From positions 1,209,495 through 1,241,494 of the forward strand of contig NZ_CP096882.1 in assembly GCF_023273875.1 (NCBI RefSeq): a stretch of 32,000 bases of DNA. Reading direction: 5' to 3'. The notes under the pieces were generated by a model. That model worked only from the letters and a program-made list of their open reading frames with translations, did no database searches and was not told the origin of the DNA. Shown in pieces: positions 17,967 through 26,334 of the stretch. Each line of letters opens with the position of its first letter. Within the stretch, counting starts at the first letter, position 1. The translations under genes were made by a program, and so were the position numbers. This DNA is from Pseudarthrobacter sp. SSS035 (lineage in GTDB: Bacteria > Actinomycetota > Actinomycetes > Actinomycetales > Micrococcaceae).

Positions 17967-18784
17967 TTCGGCCCCATTCGGATGGCACCGTCGAGCCGGA
18001 TGGTTTCGCCGTTGATCATCGCATTTTCCACGATGTGGGCCACCAGACTGGCGTATTCGGCGGGCCGGCCAAGGCGCGACGGGTGCGGGACCTGCCGGCC
18101 CAGCGAATCCTGCGCGTCCTGCGGGAGGGTTGCCATCATGGGTGTTTCGAAGATGCCCGGGGCGATGGTCACCACCCGCACCAAGGAGCGGGCCAGCTCA
18201 CGAGCCAGCGGCAGCGTCATGGCGGCGACGGCGCCCTTGGAAGCGGCGTAGGCGGGCTGGCCGATCTGCCCGTCGAAAGCTGCCACGGAGGCGGTGTTGA
18301 TAATGACGCCGCGCTCGGGGCCGCCCAACTCAGTGCTGACCGGTTCGGTGGCAACCATGGCCGCGGCGGCCAGGCGCAGCACGTTGAAAGTCCCGATGAG
18401 GTTGACCTGTATGACGCGGTTGAACGTGTCCAGCGGAAGGACGCCGTCCCGGCCCAGGACCTTGCCCGGGGTGGCGACGCCGGCGCAGTTCACAACAATG
18501 CGCAGGGGTCCCAGCGCCACAGCGGTGTCGACGGCGGCCTGCACCTCAGCTTCGTTGGTGACGTCTGCGGGGACAAAGGCCGCTTGTGCCCCCGACCCGC
18601 CGCCCGAACCGCCGGCGGCGTTCAGCGCCGAGGCGTTGAGCTCGGCGGCGTAGGCCTCCCCGGCAGAGGACGGCAGGTCGATCAGCACCACCGAGGCGCC
18701 GGCGTCGAACAGGCGCTTCGCTGTGGCAGCGCCCAGCCCGGAAGCCCCACCCGTAATCAGCGCGACAGTACCCAAGACGTCCAT
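17963..18784 (-). CDS. Short-chain dehydrogenase/reductase, 3-hydroxyacyl-CoA dehydrogenase type (HSD17B10-like)
   Basis: ATG 18784 is preceded by AAGGAGGATG. Cofactor motif TGGASGLG, catalytic YAASKGAV (YxxxK). It has a Gly/Ser-rich insertion ([12 protein letters not shown]). It is translationally coupled to the acyl-CoA dehydrogenase. Confidence 0.85.
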   Translation of the reverse strand: MDVLGTVALITGGASGLGAATAKRLFDAGASVVLIDLPSSAGEAYAAELNASALNAAGGSGGGSGAQAAFVPADVTNEAEVQAAVDTAVALGPLRIVVNCAGVATPGKVLGRDGVLPLDTFNRVIQVNLIGTFNVLRLAAAAMVATEPVSTELGGPERGVIINTASVAAFDGQIGQPAYAASKGAVAAMTLPLARELARSLVRVVTIAPGIFETPMMATLPQDAQDSLGRQVPHPSRLGRPAEYASLVAHIVENAMINGETIRLDGAIRMGPK

Positions 18785-18875
18785 ACATCCTCCTTGATGC
18801 GGCCCCAACACCATAAGACCGGCGCGGAACATTAGTTAGTGCATGTTAACTGAAAATCCTGCGGGCCGCACCCAC

Positions 18876-18890
18876 TAGGCTGAACGGATG
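18876..18890 (+). promoter_or_regulatory. Candidate -10 box (TAGGCT) placed for a leaderless start of the GH76-like gene
   Basis: TAGGCT (18876-18881) fits the actinobacterial TANNNT pattern. ATG 18888 follows after 6 nt, and there is no Shine-Dalgarno sequence in between. Confidence 0.3.
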
Positions 18891-20051
18891 ACCATGCCGG
18901 ATGCAGAACCTGCCCACTGGCAGGACCGGGCCAACGTGGCAGCCCGCTCCGTCACCGGACTCTTCGGCCGGCGGCTGCTGTTCCTGCCGGGAACACACCT
19001 GGCCGCCGTGCAATGGCCGTCACACCACGTGAAGAACCTCCTCCACCCGTGGCACTACTGGTGGCAGGCGCACTACGTGGACTGCCTGGTGGATGCCGGA
19101 CGCCGCGAACTGGGCAACGGAGCCACCCCCGCCGCAAGGTTCAACAGCCCGCACCACCCCAGCGCCGGCAGGCTCGCGTCCAGGCTGGTCACGGGCATCC
19201 GGCTGCGCAACGCCTTCACCCTCGTCAACAACTACTACGACGACATGGCCTGGCTGGCGCTTGCGACGCACCGCCTGCAAAGCCTTGCCGAGGAGACGCG
19301 CAAACCCGGACACCGCCGCAACGCCAGAGTCCGCAAGACGCTGACCCTGCAGTTCGATTCCGCCTCCACCGATGACCTGGGCGGCGGGACCTTCTGGAGC
19401 AAAAACCGCGACTTCAAGAACACGCCGGCCACCGCCCCCGTGGCGCTCTACTACGCCCGGACAGGCCAGCAAGCCAAGGCGCAGCGGTTGGTGGACTGGC
19501 TCAATGCCGTGCTGTTTGACGAGGCCCGGGGCCTCTATGTTGACGGGGCGCGGCTCAGCCCGGCCGGCGAATTGATGGTGGAGAACACCCTCTACACCTA
19601 CAACCAAGGCCCCGTACTGGGAGCCTTCCTGGAGCTCGGCGGCGACGCCAACTTCGCCAGGGCCGCGGCACTGGTGGACGCGGTCGCCAACCGGCTCACC
19701 GTACCGGGGCAGCGCATCCTCCGCTGCGATGGAACGGGCGACGGCGGACTCTTCACCGGGATTCTCTGCCGGTACCTGGCACTCGCGGCCGTCGATGCCC
19801 GGCTCCCGGAGTCCGCCCGGAACACCGCGAAGGAGCTCGTGACAGCTACTGCCGAAGCCTTCTGGGCGGGCCGCCGGCCGGCCGGCCGCGGAGCGGCATC
19901 AGCCACGGCTGAGAGCGTCCTGTTCTCCATCCACGCGGCACAACCGGCGGACACAACCTACCCGCCAGGTGCCGCCGTCGAACTTTCCACCCAGCTGCAG
20001 GCCTGGATGGCGCTGGAGGCCGCAGCGGCCATCCACAAAAGCCACGAATGA
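18888..20051 (+). CDS. Glycoside hydrolase family 76-like protein (alpha-1,6-mannanase fold), no signal peptide
   Basis: HPWHYWWQAHYVDCLVDAG and NNYYDDMAWLALA (a catalytic Asp-Asp pair followed by Trp) are GH76-type motifs. 387 aa. The N-terminus is not hydrophobic. Confidence 0.65.
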   Translation: MTMPDAEPAHWQDRANVAARSVTGLFGRRLLFLPGTHLAAVQWPSHHVKNLLHPWHYWWQAHYVDCLVDAGRRELGNGATPAARFNSPHHPSAGRLASRLVTGIRLRNAFTLVNNYYDDMAWLALATHRLQSLAEETRKPGHRRNARVRKTLTLQFDSASTDDLGGGTFWSKNRDFKNTPATAPVALYYARTGQQAKAQRLVDWLNAVLFDEARGLYVDGARLSPAGELMVENTLYTYNQGPVLGAFLELGGDANFARAAALVDAVANRLTVPGQRILRCDGTGDGGLFTGILCRYLALAAVDARLPESARNTAKELVTATAEAFWAGRRPAGRGAASATAESVLFSIHAAQPADTTYPPGAAVELSTQLQAWMALEAAAAIHKSHE

Positions 20052-20111
20052 ATTAGGGCACGCAACAGTTCCGTAATGCATGTGATCCTGATCACTTAAG
20101 GGCCGTGCCGC

Positions 20112-20141
20112 TTGGTGTCTTAGGTTTGGCTAACCTACAGT
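20112..20141 (+). promoter_or_regulatory. Candidate sigma-A promoter of the Fe(III) ABC operon (-35 TTGGTG, 18-nt spacer, -10 TACAGT)
   Basis: TTGGTG at 20112-20117 and TACAGT at 20136-20141 (TANNNT), about 80 nt upstream of ATG 20220. The spacer and the -10 box are covered by the iron box. Confidence 0.4.
20120..20138 (+). promoter_or_regulatory. IdeR/DtxR-type iron box (operator)
   Basis: TTAGGTTTGGCTAACCTAC compared with the recalled IdeR consensus TTAGGTTAGGCTAACCTAA gives 17 of 19 identical. It is a 19-bp dyad located upstream of an iron-uptake operon. Confidence 0.75.
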
Positions 20142-20219
20142 TTCACGAGTGAGCCAACCCTAACTCCGGGCTCGCCGGGACCGACGGTCCGCCAGACTTT
20201 TTCCCAGAAAGTAGCCCCG

Positions 20220-21278
20220 ATGAAGATCCGCAACAGCGCCCTGGCCGGCATCGCACTCGCCGCCACCGCAGCCCTCGGACTGACCGCCTGTGGCGGCAGC
20301 ACGTCCCCTGCAGCCACCGTCTCCCCGTCCGCAGACGGCCAGGTTTCCGGCGATGGCATCACGGTCTACAACGCGCAGCACGAGAGCCTGACCAAAGAAT
20401 GGATCGAGGCCTTCACCAAGGAGACCGGCATCAAGGTCACCATGCGCCAGGGATCGGACACCGAACTGTCCAACCAGATCGTCCAGGAAGGCGCAGCCTC
20501 CCCGGCTGACGTTTTCCTCACCGAAAACTCCCCTGCAATGGCGCAGGTTGAGAACGCCGGCCTGTTTGCCGACGTCGACAAGGCCACCGTCGAGCAGGTT
20601 CCGGCCGAGTTCCGCCCGAGCACCAACAAGTGGACGGGCATCGCCGCCCGCTCCACCGTCTTGGTGTACGACAAGAACAAGATCAGCGAAGACAAGCTGC
20701 CCAAGTCCATGCTGGACCTGGCCACGCCGGAGTGGAAGGGCAAGTGGGCTGCATCGCCGTCCGGTGCCGACTTCCAGGCCATCGTCGCCGCGCTGCTCGA
20801 GCTCAAGGGCGAGGCAGCTACCGAGGAATGGCTCAAGGGCATGAAGGAAAACTTCAAGGCTTACAAAGGCAACAGCACCGCCATGAAGGCAGTCAACGCC
20901 GGTGAAATCGACGCCGCGCTGATCTACCACTACTACTACTACGGCGACCAGGCCAAGACCGGCGAGAACTCCAAGAACGTGGCCAGCCACTACTTCAAGA
21001 ACCAGGATCCGGGCGCGTTTGTCTCCGTATCCGGCGGTGGCGTGCTGAAGTCCTCCAAGAAGGCAGCAGATGCGCAGGCCTTCCTGAAGTTCATCACCGG
21101 CAAGCAGGGTCAGGAAGTCCTCAAGGACGGCACCTCCTTCGAATACGCCATAGCTTCCGACGTCCCGGCCAACGACAAGCTGGTTCCGCTCAAGGAACTC
21201 CAGGCGCCCACCGTTGACCCGGCCAAGCTGAACTCCACGACGGTCAGCGAGCTGATGACCAAGGCAGGACTCCTGTAA
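20220..21278 (+). CDS. Fe(III) ABC transporter substrate-binding lipoprotein (FbpA/AfuA/SfuA-like)
   Basis: Sec-type lipoprotein signal MKIRNSALAGIALAATAALGLTACGG. The body matches solute-binding family 1 iron-binding proteins (ITVYNAQHE, VFLTENSPAM, tyrosine-rich LIYHYYYYG). The operon has an iron box upstream. Confidence 0.85.
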   Translation: MKIRNSALAGIALAATAALGLTACGGSTSPAATVSPSADGQVSGDGITVYNAQHESLTKEWIEAFTKETGIKVTMRQGSDTELSNQIVQEGAASPADVFLTENSPAMAQVENAGLFADVDKATVEQVPAEFRPSTNKWTGIAARSTVLVYDKNKISEDKLPKSMLDLATPEWKGKWAASPSGADFQAIVAALLELKGEAATEEWLKGMKENFKAYKGNSTAMKAVNAGEIDAALIYHYYYYGDQAKTGENSKNVASHYFKNQDPGAFVSVSGGGVLKSSKKAADAQAFLKFITGKQGQEVLKDGTSFEYAIASDVPANDKLVPLKELQAPTVDPAKLNSTTVSELMTKAGLL

Positions 21279-21282
21279 TTCA

Positions 21283-22875
21283 GTGACCACTGATCTATCG
21301 GCTCCCCCGGCAGCGGGGGGCACGACGACGGCGGGCCGGGGCACCAGCCCCCGCCCGCCTTTCGGCGTTCCTGCGGTGTCCATCCTGGCAGTGCTGATCG
21401 CCTTGTTTTCCCTGGTACCCCTGGGCTACGTCGTGTACATGACGGCGACAACCGGGTGGGACGCCGCCGTCGAACTGATCTTCCGGCCGCGGGTGGGCGA
21501 GCTCCTGCTCAACACCGTGCTGCTGGTGGTGTTCACTGTTCCGCTGAGCCTCGTCCTGGGCGTGGGCGGTGCTTGGCTGGTGGAGCGGACCAAACTCCGC
21601 GGCCACAAAATCTGGGCAGTGCTGCTGGCGGCACCGCTGGCCATCCCCGCGTTTGTGAACAGTTACGCGTGGGTCTCGGCGGTCCCGTCCCTGGCCGGGC
21701 TGGGCTCCGGGGTCCTCATCGCCACGCTTTCGTATTTCCCGCTGGTGTACATCCCCGCCGCGGCAACCCTCGGCCGCCTGGACCCTGCCATCGAACAGTC
21801 GGCTGCCTCACTGGGCCTCGGCAACTGGCGGGTCTTTTTCCGGGTTGTTCTCCCCCAGCTCAGGGTCGCCATGACCGGCGGCGCCCTCCTGGTGTCCCTG
21901 CACCTGCTCGCTGAATACGGTGCGTTCGCGATGATCCGGTTCGACACGTTCACCACCGCGATCATGGTCCAGTACCAGTCCACGTTCAACGGCACCGCCG
22001 GCAACATGCTGGCCAGTGTTCTGGTGTTTTTCTGTCTGATCCTGCTGGTGGTGGAGGTCCGCGGCCGGGGCACGGCCCGCTATGCCCGCGTTGGATCCGG
22101 CGCCCAGGCCAGGGCCCTGCGCCTGCCGCTGCACGCGTACCAGGTCCCGGCGCAGCTGTCCCTGCTGGTCCTGACGGGACTGGCCTTCGGGTTGCCGGTG
22201 TTCTTCGTCCTGCGCTGGATCGTCGCGGGCGGTTCTGCAATCTGGGCGGCTGACGAGTTCGCTCCGGCCCTCCTGACCACGCTCGGCTACGGCCTGGCCG
22301 GCGCGGTGGTGACAACCGCCGTCGCATTCCCCATGGCATTCCTTGCCGTGCGGCACCCCAGCTGGTTCAGCAAGTCCCTGGAACTCTCCAACTACGTCAC
22401 CAGTTCCCTGCCCGGGATTGTGGTGGGCCTCGCGTTCGTCACCGTCAGCATCCGGCTGGTCCCCGGTGTCTATCAAACAGCCGGAGTCCTGGTGGCCGCC
22501 TACGTCCTGCTGTTCCTGCCGCGGGCGCTGGTCACCCTCCGCGCCGGCCTGTCCCAAGCCCCCAAGGAACTCGACGAAGCTGCACAGTCCCTGGGCAAAC
22601 CGCCGTTGCTGGCCTTCATCCGCGTCACGCTGCGGCTGACCGCTCCGGCGGCGGCGGGTGGCGCGGCCCTGGTGTTCCTGGCCATAGCCAACGAGCTCAC
22701 CGCCACGCTCCTGCTCTCCCCGAACGGGACCCGCACGCTTGCCACCGAGTTCTGGAGCAAGAGCAGCGAGATCGACTACGCCGGCGCCGCCCCCTACGCC
22801 TTGCTGATGATCCTGCTCTCTGCACCCATGACTTATCTTCTCTTCCAGCAGTCCAAGAAAGTGGCCGGACAGTGA
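21283..22875 (+). CDS. Fe(III) ABC transporter permease, duplicated-domain type (FbpB-like)
   Basis: 530 aa and strongly hydrophobic. It has two EAA-loop-like segments (EQSAASLGLGNWRVFFRVVLPQL and DEAAQSLGKPPLLAFIRVTLRL), indicating two fused MalFG-type domains. GTG start 4 nt after the upstream stop. Confidence 0.88.
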   Translation: MTTDLSAPPAAGGTTTAGRGTSPRPPFGVPAVSILAVLIALFSLVPLGYVVYMTATTGWDAAVELIFRPRVGELLLNTVLLVVFTVPLSLVLGVGGAWLVERTKLRGHKIWAVLLAAPLAIPAFVNSYAWVSAVPSLAGLGSGVLIATLSYFPLVYIPAAATLGRLDPAIEQSAASLGLGNWRVFFRVVLPQLRVAMTGGALLVSLHLLAEYGAFAMIRFDTFTTAIMVQYQSTFNGTAGNMLASVLVFFCLILLVVEVRGRGTARYARVGSGAQARALRLPLHAYQVPAQLSLLVLTGLAFGLPVFFVLRWIVAGGSAIWAADEFAPALLTTLGYGLAGAVVTTAVAFPMAFLAVRHPSWFSKSLELSNYVTSSLPGIVVGLAFVTVSIRLVPGVYQTAGVLVAAYVLLFLPRALVTLRAGLSQAPKELDEAAQSLGKPPLLAFIRVTLRLTAPAAAGGAALVFLAIANELTATLLLSPNGTRTLATEFWSKSSEIDYAGAAPYALLMILLSAPMTYLLFQQSKKVAGQ

Positions 22876-24038
22876 CCGAACAATCCCCCTCCAGGCTTCC
22901 GGAACCGCGGATCGCGCCGTCCGTGGCTCCCTCCACCAACAGCCACCTGCAGATTGCAGACGTCACCAAGAACTTTGCGTCCCAGGCCGTCCTCAGAGGC
23001 GTCAACCTGTCCGTGGCCAAGGGGGGCACCACCGCCATTGTGGGGCCCTCCGGCTCGGGCAAAACCACCCTGCTGCGGCTGATCGCGGGCTTTGAACACC
23101 CAGCCACCGGCAGCATCTCGCTCAACGGCACCAAGGTGGCGGGCGACGGCGTATGGTTGCCTGCGCACAGGCGCCAGGTGGGGTACGTGGCCCAGGACGG
23201 GGCGCTTTTCCCGCATCTGACGGTGGGCCAGAACATCGCGTTCGGCCTGGACACGGCCAAGCTGGCGGGTGGCCGCCGCGGGGCGGCGGGCCGGATCAGC
23301 GAGCTGCTGGACATGGTCTCGCTGGACGCCGCCATGGCCAAGCGGCGGCCACACCAGCTCTCCGGCGGTCAACAGCAACGTGTGGCCCTGGCCCGCGCCC
23401 TGGCCCGCGAGCCTGAACTGATGCTGCTGGACGAGCCCTTTTCCGCCTTGGACGCTGGCCTGCGCGTGGCCACCCGGAGGGCCGTGGCCAAGGTTCTCAA
23501 CAAAGCCGGCGTCACCACCATCCTGGTCACCCACGACCAGGCCGAGGCCCTGTCCTTCGCGGACCAGGTGGCCGTGATGCGCGGCGGCAAGCTGGCCCAG
23601 ATCGGCAACCCGTTTGTGGTTTACACCCGCCCCGCCGACCGCGCCACAGCGGAATTCCTGGGCGACGCCGTCATCCTGGACGCCTGGATGGAAGGCTCGC
23701 TGGCCACGTGCTCACTGGGCGGAATTCCGGTGCGCCGCCCGCCTGCCCAGGGCCGGGTCCAGCTGATGCTGCGTCCGGAACAGATCCGCATTGCCGAGGA
23801 TGGCCCCATCCGCGGCGTGGTGGTGGACACCGACTACTTCGGGCCGGAAACCACCGTGCGCCTCAAACTCTCTGTGCCACCAGAACTGGCCGACCGCACC
23901 GACCACCGCTACCCCGGCGGCGGCGAAGTCATCACCATCCGCCACTGGAACGCCTCCATTGCCCGGCCGGGCATGGAACTCTGCCTGCGGGTGGTGGGCG
24001 AAGCCGTCGCCTTCCCGGTGGACCCCGCCTGTGATTGA
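22872..24038 (+). CDS. Fe(III)/polyamine-type ABC transporter ATP-binding protein (FbpC-like) with a C-terminal regulatory/TOBE-like domain
   Basis: GTG 22872 overlaps the permease stop as GTGA. Walker A GPSGSGKTT, signature LSGGQQQRVALARAL, Walker B LMLLDEPFSALD, and a C-terminal extension of about 130 aa. Confidence 0.9.
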   Translation: MTEQSPSRLPEPRIAPSVAPSTNSHLQIADVTKNFASQAVLRGVNLSVAKGGTTAIVGPSGSGKTTLLRLIAGFEHPATGSISLNGTKVAGDGVWLPAHRRQVGYVAQDGALFPHLTVGQNIAFGLDTAKLAGGRRGAAGRISELLDMVSLDAAMAKRRPHQLSGGQQQRVALARALAREPELMLLDEPFSALDAGLRVATRRAVAKVLNKAGVTTILVTHDQAEALSFADQVAVMRGGKLAQIGNPFVVYTRPADRATAEFLGDAVILDAWMEGSLATCSLGGIPVRRPPAQGRVQLMLRPEQIRIAEDGPIRGVVVDTDYFGPETTVRLKLSVPPELADRTDHRYPGGGEVITIRHWNASIARPGMELCLRVVGEAVAFPVDPACD

Positions 24039-24112
24039 GCCCGTCCCGCACCGGTGATTGAGCCCGTCGAAATCCGCCGGCAGTTCCCGGTGATTGAGCC
24101 TGTCGAAATCCG
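24031..24112. repeat. Three direct copies of a GGTGATTGAGCC(C/T)GTC(GAAATCCG) motif between convergent genes
   Basis: Copy 1 at 24031-24045 is the 15-nt core and contains the ATPase stop codon. Copy 2 is at 24053-24076 and copy 3 at 24089-24112. Copies 2 and 3 are 24 nt each, match at 23 of 24 positions, and start 36 nt apart. Copy 3 ends in a small GTCG-AAATC-CGAC hairpin. Confidence 0.7.
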
Positions 24113-24118
24113 ACCCTA

Positions 24119-24718
24119 TTAGCCTCCGGCGGGCTTCTTCTTCTGCGGATACGGTGCCTCGCCCCGGGCCAGCATCTCCACAAAGCCGGCGATTTTCCGT
24201 TCCCTCGTGGACGCCTGCTTCACGGAATTCGTCCGGTAAATCAGGGCATACCGGTTCACGGAGGTAAGGACGTCGAACATGGCCTGGGCAGCGGGGACGG
24301 CAGCGATGGCGGCGGCCAGATCCGGCGGGACTTCCGCCGTCGCCTGCCCCACATAGGCCGCTTCCCAGCGCCCGTCCGCCTTGGCGGCGTCGACCGCCGC
24401 GCGGCCGGCTGCAGTCATCCGGCCGGCAGACTCGAGCTTCCCGATGCGGTCCACATTCCGCGCCGACCAGACGCTCTTCGGGCCGCGGCGGGTCATCCGC
24501 TGGAAGGAGCTGTCGTCGTCGCGCCGTTTGCCCTGCCCGTCGATCCAGCCAAAGCACAGCGCCTCCTGCAGCGCGGCTTCGTAGTCCAGTTCAGTGGTGT
24601 TGCCGCCCTTCTTATGCAGCACCAGCCACACGCCGGGGCTCGTGGCATGGTGCTGTTCCAGCCATAGCCGCCACTCCGCCGCGTCCGCTACCAGCAGTTC
24701 CTCGAGTTCGATGGCCAT
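24119..24718 (-). CDS. YdeI/OmpD-associated family protein (DUF1801-related)
   Basis: MAIELEELLVADAAEWRLWLEQHHATSPGVWLVLHKKGG...YEAALQEALCFGWIDGQ is the family's N-terminal signature as I recall it. Start at ATG 24718; the tracked ORF start at 24796 adds 26 implausible residues. Confidence 0.7.
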   Translation of the reverse strand: MAIELEELLVADAAEWRLWLEQHHATSPGVWLVLHKKGGNTTELDYEAALQEALCFGWIDGQGKRRDDDSSFQRMTRRGPKSVWSARNVDRIGKLESAGRMTAAGRAAVDAAKADGRWEAAYVGQATAEVPPDLAAAIAAVPAAQAMFDVLTSVNRYALIYRTNSVKQASTRERKIAGFVEMLARGEAPYPQKKKPAGG

Positions 24719-24795
24719 GGCACTATTCTGCCCGCCTTCTGCAGGAAGTGGCATGATGGCGGTAGCCGACCTGTCCTGGTTTCGAGGAGGAACCA

Positions 24796-25560
24796 ATGCT
24801 GCGTGTCAGACCCGTCCATTTCACCTCCCTGCCGGACAGTTGGGAACAGCTCCTGACTGCCCTGGGCCTGGCCAAGACCGTCGATGACGGCCCGTGGCGG
24901 GAGTTCGACGCCGGTTCCGGCCGGCTGGCCCTGCATGTGGCCGACGCCGGCGCCACGGACGACGGCACCACTGCCTTGGGCGTGGAGGTGGGCGATCTGG
25001 CGGAATTCGCCCGGCGCACCGCCCTGGCCGCGGAGGAATCCGGGAACACGGTCGCCGAGCTCATCGCCGCCGACCACGGCGAGTCGTGCCGCATCACCGG
25101 CCGGGACGGCTTCAGCTTCCTGGCGGACAAAGGCGCCCGGGAGGCGAACGCGGCTGACGCTGATCCGGCGCTGACCGTCGTCGGGGTCTGGTTTACGGAG
25201 GATCCCGGCGCCGCCGCCGTGACGCTGCAGGACATCGGCGCCAGGTTCCGCCCCGTCCCGGACGCCGACGAAACCGCCGACTTTACCGCCAAGAACGGCG
25301 GGGTGCTGATGGTGCGGCCGGCATCGGGGCCGCCGCGGTCCGGCCTGGGATTTGAGTACGACGGCGATCTGGGCGCCTTGCGCGACCGGCTCACCGCCGC
25401 CGGGCTGGACGTCAGCGAAACCGAGGAAGCCTTCGGCCGGACCCTGCACGTGGCCAACCCCGACGCCGCCTCAGGAGCCGCAAGCCCCGCCCCGGAAGAC
25501 ACCGCAGCACCGCATGTCCCGCCCACCCTGTGGATCTCACAGCGCCGCGCCGCGCCGTGA
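24796..25560 (+). CDS. Hypothetical protein, possibly a two-repeat glyoxalase/VOC-like fold
   Basis: ATG with CGAGGAGGAACC upstream. 254 aa with two similar halves (each ...G.L.LHVA/MVRPA...G.E..GDL...). I see no diagnostic catalytic motif, so the functional call is weak. Confidence 0.55.
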   Translation: MLRVRPVHFTSLPDSWEQLLTALGLAKTVDDGPWREFDAGSGRLALHVADAGATDDGTTALGVEVGDLAEFARRTALAAEESGNTVAELIAADHGESCRITGRDGFSFLADKGAREANAADADPALTVVGVWFTEDPGAAAVTLQDIGARFRPVPDADETADFTAKNGGVLMVRPASGPPRSGLGFEYDGDLGALRDRLTAAGLDVSETEEAFGRTLHVANPDAASGAASPAPEDTAAPHVPPTLWISQRRAAP

Positions 25561-25708
25561 TCCGCTCTTAAGGCGAGCCCGGTCCGGGCGTGAACTGGCC
25601 CGAATATGGGCCGGCCGAGGGGTGAGATTCCGGCGCTTTGGACGAGGCTTTACGCTGATAGCTCACCTCCCAGCGGTCCTCAGCCGTCCGATGGGGTAGA
25701 ACTTAACC

Positions 25709-26248
25709 ATGAACGTTCGCACTCCTGACCCCAATCCCGGCTGGCTCTCCGAAGAAGACCTCTTTGAGGCCCGCGGGAGGCTCCCCATGATCTATGTGGA
25801 GGCCGTGCCGGTGAGGCTGGATCCGCTGGGTTTTGTGAACGAGGTCGGCACGCTGCTCCAGGCCGACGAGGACGGGAACATGATCCGGTCGCTGGTATCG
25901 GGCCGCGTGATCTACCGCGAGACCATCCGCGCCGCACTCCTGCGCCATATGGAAAAGGACCTGGGGCCGCTCGCCTTTCCGCAGCTCCCCATCAGCCCGG
26001 TCCCCTTCACGGTGGCCGAGTACTTCCCGGCCCCGTCCCAGACCGGCTTCACCGATGACCGCCAACACGCCGTGTCCCTGGCGTATGTCATTCCCGTGAC
26101 CGGCGAATGCGAACCCCGCCAGGACGCCCTGGAACTGACCTGGATGACCCCGGCGGAAGTGCTAAGCCCCGACGTCCAGCTCGAATTCAGCGGCGGCCGC
26201 GGCGCCCTGGTCCGCCAGGCGCTGGCCTTTGCGGGCGTGGGTCACTGA
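25709..26248 (+). CDS. Nudix-fold-like protein with a degenerate Nudix box (I recall the label DUF4916, unverified)
   Basis: 179 aa. The segment GRVIYRETIRAALLRHMEKDLG aligns to GX5EX7REUXEEXGU, but REUXEE is replaced by RHMEKD. Confidence 0.65.
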   Translation: MNVRTPDPNPGWLSEEDLFEARGRLPMIYVEAVPVRLDPLGFVNEVGTLLQADEDGNMIRSLVSGRVIYRETIRAALLRHMEKDLGPLAFPQLPISPVPFTVAEYFPAPSQTGFTDDRQHAVSLAYVIPVTGECEPRQDALELTWMTPAEVLSPDVQLEFSGGRGALVRQALAFAGVGH

Positions 26249-26334
26249 CGCCCGCGGGTTCCCCGGCGTCCCCGACTTCCGGGGCCCCGCTTTGTAGACT
26301 GTAGGGCGGACCGCAAGAGAACTTAAGGACTCCC

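Noticed and set aside
24031-24112. The three spaced direct repeats as a miniature CRISPR array.
   Set aside because: There are only three copies. The units are short (15-24 nt) with unequal spacers (7 and 12 nt between unit ends), and there are no cas genes or leader. This is inconsistent with CRISPR.
25561-25708. The 148-nt intergenic region with small hairpins (GCCCGG-T-CCGGGC at 25576-25588; GGCCC-GAATAT-GGGCC at 25597-25612) as a possible sRNA or riboswitch.
   Set aside because: The stems are short, there is no U-tract, and I recognise no conserved motif. It is most simply a terminator/promoter spacer between two + strand genes.
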